Below, in pieces: positions 59,879-64,000 of a stretch of 64,000 nt of DNA. How positions within the stretch are numbered: position 1 is the first letter of the stretch; each line of letters begins with the position of its first letter. The stretch spans positions 1-64,000 of the forward strand of contig JAKLZA010000356.1 of the NCBI GenBank assembly GCA_030704615.1, given 5' to 3'. Below the pieces are notes generated by a model, which saw only the letters and a program-made list of their open reading frames with translations, ran no database searches and was not told where the DNA came from. The DNA comes from Takakia lepidozioides. Its lineage: Eukaryota; Plantae; Bryophyta. A program made the translations under genes and the position numbers.

Positions 59879-62214
59879 TTGTGGAGATCCTTACATAATC
59901 TTGTATATTTGTTGAGCGATCACCACTTGTATTTAAGAGTGATCAGGTCAACCGAATGATCACCCAATTTTGAATGACCTGCCAAGCTCGTGATACAATT
60001 ATGCTAAATGCCCTTGTTTGCATGTAGACCTCGCCCTGGTTTGGAGCTTTGGAGGTCGGATCTCTCAGAGCTCGTTGTGGTTGTTTATGTTTCATATTCA
60101 ATTTTTTAGTAAGCTAAAAAGGTATTGGTATTCTATAGAATGAGCTTGGAAAATTGAATGTAATGTTCAAGGCAGTTAATTTTGGCATGTTCTCTTAGTT
60201 ACTCATTGTGCAAGTTTTTGGTGCAGGATACTAGGGACTCTTGGCAATTCTTGGTCAGTTCTACTCATTTATGTTTCTACCCTTGTCTACTTTTACAGGC
60301 TAAGGGAGTCTGGCTCTTGCACCAAGTCAAGTTGAAGACTAAATTTCATTAAGTTCCTTCTACATGATTTGAGGGCCATCATTCACTTTTCCCGATTGTG
60401 GTTTCACATCCTTGGGCATTGTTGGTCCAATGAGAAAGCCTAAAATTTGTACGGTCAATTATAGAAATTGTATCATTCTACTGCTGCTTATACTTAGCAT
60501 GGTTAGTACATGCAATAAACTTCTGAACCTCTCCACATGTCTTGAACTTTGGGGTTCGAATTTGTGAGTTCATAGGGCTATCTTTCAGAGTGTCCTTTGC
60601 AAATATTATCTTGGTGCGACTGATGGATTACCTTTAAGTAGACACTTGTAGGGGTTGGCTTGTTAGTGCCTCCTAGTTAGAGTTTCAAGAAATCGTGGTC
60701 TGATTCATTATAGATTTTAATCTAAACAAACCACCAGAGTCCTCAAAAGTTTTAGGGTTTAGGGTACTTCACCCTAAACCCCCCATTTCGATTCAGCATT
60801 GAAGCAATATCTTTGTTTTTCATAAACTTAGTGAAATTTTTAGCATTTGAAATTTATAGCATGAAACAACGTTGTTGTCAAATTGAAAGTACTGCTCTAT
60901 AAACAGCCTCTGGTTTCATATACAATGAAGTGCCTTTCTCTTTTCTTGTTTTGTTCCGAGGAATAATAATGACACATCAACAATAATGAATACCTTGTTT
61001 ACTCGAGCGAAAACTGAAACAGAAGTTTTAGTTTTGTCTTTATCACATCTACATTATCTGATGGAAAGCTAAGCTTGAAGAGTGAACTGTGAGTTCAACA
61101 TGGAATCACGATTACATGGGAAGCCCAGAAACAGGGATGTTATCAGAATTGGTGAAACCACCTATGCAGTTGCGGAGTCAAATCCTGCCTCAATGGCAAC
61201 ATTCAACATGACGTGCCGGAGAACAAGATAAGAGTGCATCAACTCGAATTTGAAATCACGGAGTCACTAACTGAGGCTGTCATGGCCAAGGCCATCTGCA
61301 GAGTCCAAAAAATCCAGTAAGGCCAACAAAGACATCTCCTAAACATTAAGAAAAACAGTGCTGTCATTGTACTGTACAGATCTATTGGACCTTGACCAAA
61401 AAAACCTCTATACACTCTGGGTACAAGAATCTCTGGTTCATTCTCCTAGAGTGTACACAGATGGCAGAATGAGGTTCATGGGTTTCCAAAAATTAAACCA
61501 GCAACACTTGTCTCCAAGAACTAAGTTCTTCGTAGCAACATTCTGCACATATCAAAATTCAGTGTACACGCCCAGCAGGGATGCCCTCCCTATGAGCAAG
61601 ATCGCCGAGTTTCTGCACATGTTCCAACATGACTTCCAGTTGCACACACTCTCTCTTGCGATCTTCAGTACTGGTGATGGGTCGTGAAATACCAAAATCG
61701 ATCAAACAAACACCTTAATGCCCCCTAAATCAACCAAGATATTAGGGCATCGAATGTCCCCATGAAGAAGTGCACAGCAGCAAGTGCATCAACAGTCGCT
61801 TCCACCGCCTCTAGTCAAAACTCCTGCAAACGACACATCCAACATATTAGACAACCACTTTGCTACAAGCTTAAGCAAGAACCGCAGACTCAAATAAGCG
61901 GGATGCCCAGTTCAGAGCAGACAACTCTTTCGAAGAATTACAGTGCAATCAGAATGAATTCCAACAGCTCCAGTTTTCTGGGATTCCCTCTCATTTGGCC
62001 AACAACAATTACCTCTCATTCTTTTTAGTCTGTTTGATTAGATCATCTAGAATTATGTGAAAAACTGGAGGTGCCATAAAACAGTGTACAAAAGGTCAAT
62101 CAGAGAATATAGGTTAAAGAGAATCCAATTGCAGATTTAAGAGCAGAGCCTCAAACATGTAGCAACTAAGGACAAGGTTTTACCACCTTGCACAAACATC
62201 AGCAAACATCAAGG

Positions 62215-63648
62215 TCACAAAATGAGAGATGAATGAGGATAAACCCACTCTGATAGCCAAGGATGTTGTAATGCCTGTGATGAACTGAGTTGTTTGTCAG
62301 TGAGCTTCCTTATAAAGTCTTCAGCATGTGCTGTCCTTGCAACGGGGATATACTCATCCAGGAGTTTGCCAACACTATACATGTCTGAAAAGGGCGTATA
62401 CTGGTTGCCCTCATACATCTCCGGACACCAGGCTGAGAAAGGCTGAAATCCATCAAACAATTTGAAAGGAAAATCTGCTACAGATTCGAGGTCGATGAGC
62501 ATGAAATCTGTATCTGAAAGGCGCACAATATTTGGGAGTCGGATATCCCTGTGCACCAGGCCTGCACTGTGGAGGATAAATAAGGCTTGGCAGACACACT
62601 GAGCCATCCACCTGCATTCCTCTTCAGACTCCAATCTGCATTGGTATCCAAGAGGACCAAACTCAACTCTGTAGGATCCATGAGCAGTTTCGAAAGGCAA
62701 TGCCACCATCTGCGGCAGAAACTTACATGTTCTCGCGCAGCAACATAAGCCCTCTTTATCATGGTAATATCCGTCCCCTGGTCAGCACTATAACTAGAAA
62801 AGTCTCTAATGTGCTTCGCCACTTTGTCATCATAAAAGTAAATACTCCTCCTTCCATCCGGTGACTTTTCCAAAGAAAACATGGCACGGCGACCTGGGAC
62901 TACCGGAACAGAGTCATGCATTTTCTTCATTAGCTGGAAGGCATAGCCTACGCTGATGAGTAAAAAATGGCAGCGATCAGAAATATCTGATAGGTTAAGA
63001 CGTCGACCCACTGGATACAACTCCTTCGGACCTCTCCTGCCGATGTACACCCACTGAAATTCAGTGCCTGCTGCTATGTAGCCTAGGATAAATTTCAATT
63101 CCCCATAAAACATCGGATTAAGCGACCTCATCTTAGAACGAAGATCGATTTCAGCTGCAAGCAAGTTGCCAACCTTGTCTTCACCTACTAGGAAGGTGCA
63201 TCCAAAGGCTATGCCAATCGTATCAGGCCTTGTCCTGTGTGCAGTAGTTTGGCTGAAACTGTACCGCGCCCTTTCAGTAGAATTGAACGAAAAATGTGAC
63301 CTTAAAACCGGCCACATATTGCTTGAAAAAGCCAAAGAACTCTTGCAAGCCGCCGCATGCAACGAGGAACGATGTTTGTATCTCGGTGACTATCTCCTCA
63401 AGTTGGCGCGATAGGAAGGCTCCCACTAAACAAGGAAGTCTTGAACCATCTGTCTCGATTAAAACATTTGCCGCCAACTCGGGCATTGTTGTTGATACAG
63501 ACACATAGGTCTGCGGCGTTACAGGAAGCTTCCGATGCTGCTCAGGGAACAATACCTTTTCAAGACCGGCCTTATTTTGGGGGAGCTCAGGTAGCTGTGG
63601 GAGCAGCATGTACCTGATCCAAGCTTCGGAACGATCATTGCGATAACC
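62215..63648 (-). pseudogene. Crinkler-type restriction-endonuclease-like plus protein kinase gene, two frameshifts; upstream exons unresolved
   Basis: RPD..FLVGEDK PD-(D/E)xK-like motif followed by LVHRDIRLPNIV, LIDLE, SDMYSVG. Confidence 0.65.
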
Positions 63649-64000
63649 TGCTTGAGATGTATCACAAACAACAGCAACAAAATGATGACTCAGAATAACA
63701 ATAGAAGTGGATGCAAGGACGGCAAGCACTCACAAGTGAACGACCAAAATGACAGTCAACTACCAGAATATCAAGAGCAGAAGTTACCATGATCGGTGAC
63801 AAACGAACCCCTCACTATCAGCAAACTCAGGCCACAGGACCCTAAGAATCTCAAATCAGCACAAGGCAACTCGTTACTCTAGCTAATCATTGTCCAGACA
63901 AACTCCAGAAACAAAACCTAAGTATCAAGAACTCCACAAATACTCGATGCAACAAATAAAGACAACCCTAGGCACTCACGAGAAATGAGGGGTTTGAACG

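Noticed and set aside
59880-62200. Short ORFs and splice-like signals in AT-rich unique DNA
   Set aside because: No coherent gene model or domain can be supported by eye.

Overview
Eukaryotic, almost certainly green-plant (TTTAGGG telomere repeats, GT-AG introns), probably subtelomeric; about 60 of 64 kb is nested transposable elements. (1) A head-to-tail array of six endonuclease-less Penelope-like retroelements (ORF1, RT reached by a predicted -1 frameshift, hammerhead ribozyme, CCCTAAA tails). (2) Two copies (segmental duplication) of a Gypsy element whose polyprotein carries a DNMT3-like C5 methyltransferase between protease and RT and a PHD finger after integrase. Its termini are permuted (A-internal-B-GC-A-B), as if an LTR circle had integrated at a site inside the LTR, and it has a self-priming PBS. 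(3) A fragment of a second Gypsy family, which is the target of element 2. (4) A 13.5-kb Mutator-like element without TIRs, carrying a divergent multi-exon gene with a ParB-like and an N6A/N4C-methyltransferase-like domain, plus about 40 helically phased GGCGCC-centred palindromes. (5) A frameshifted Crinkler-type REase-kinase gene at the right end. Many single-base indels differ between near-identical copies and may be long-read assembly errors. All domain calls are by-eye motif recognition; no database search was run.
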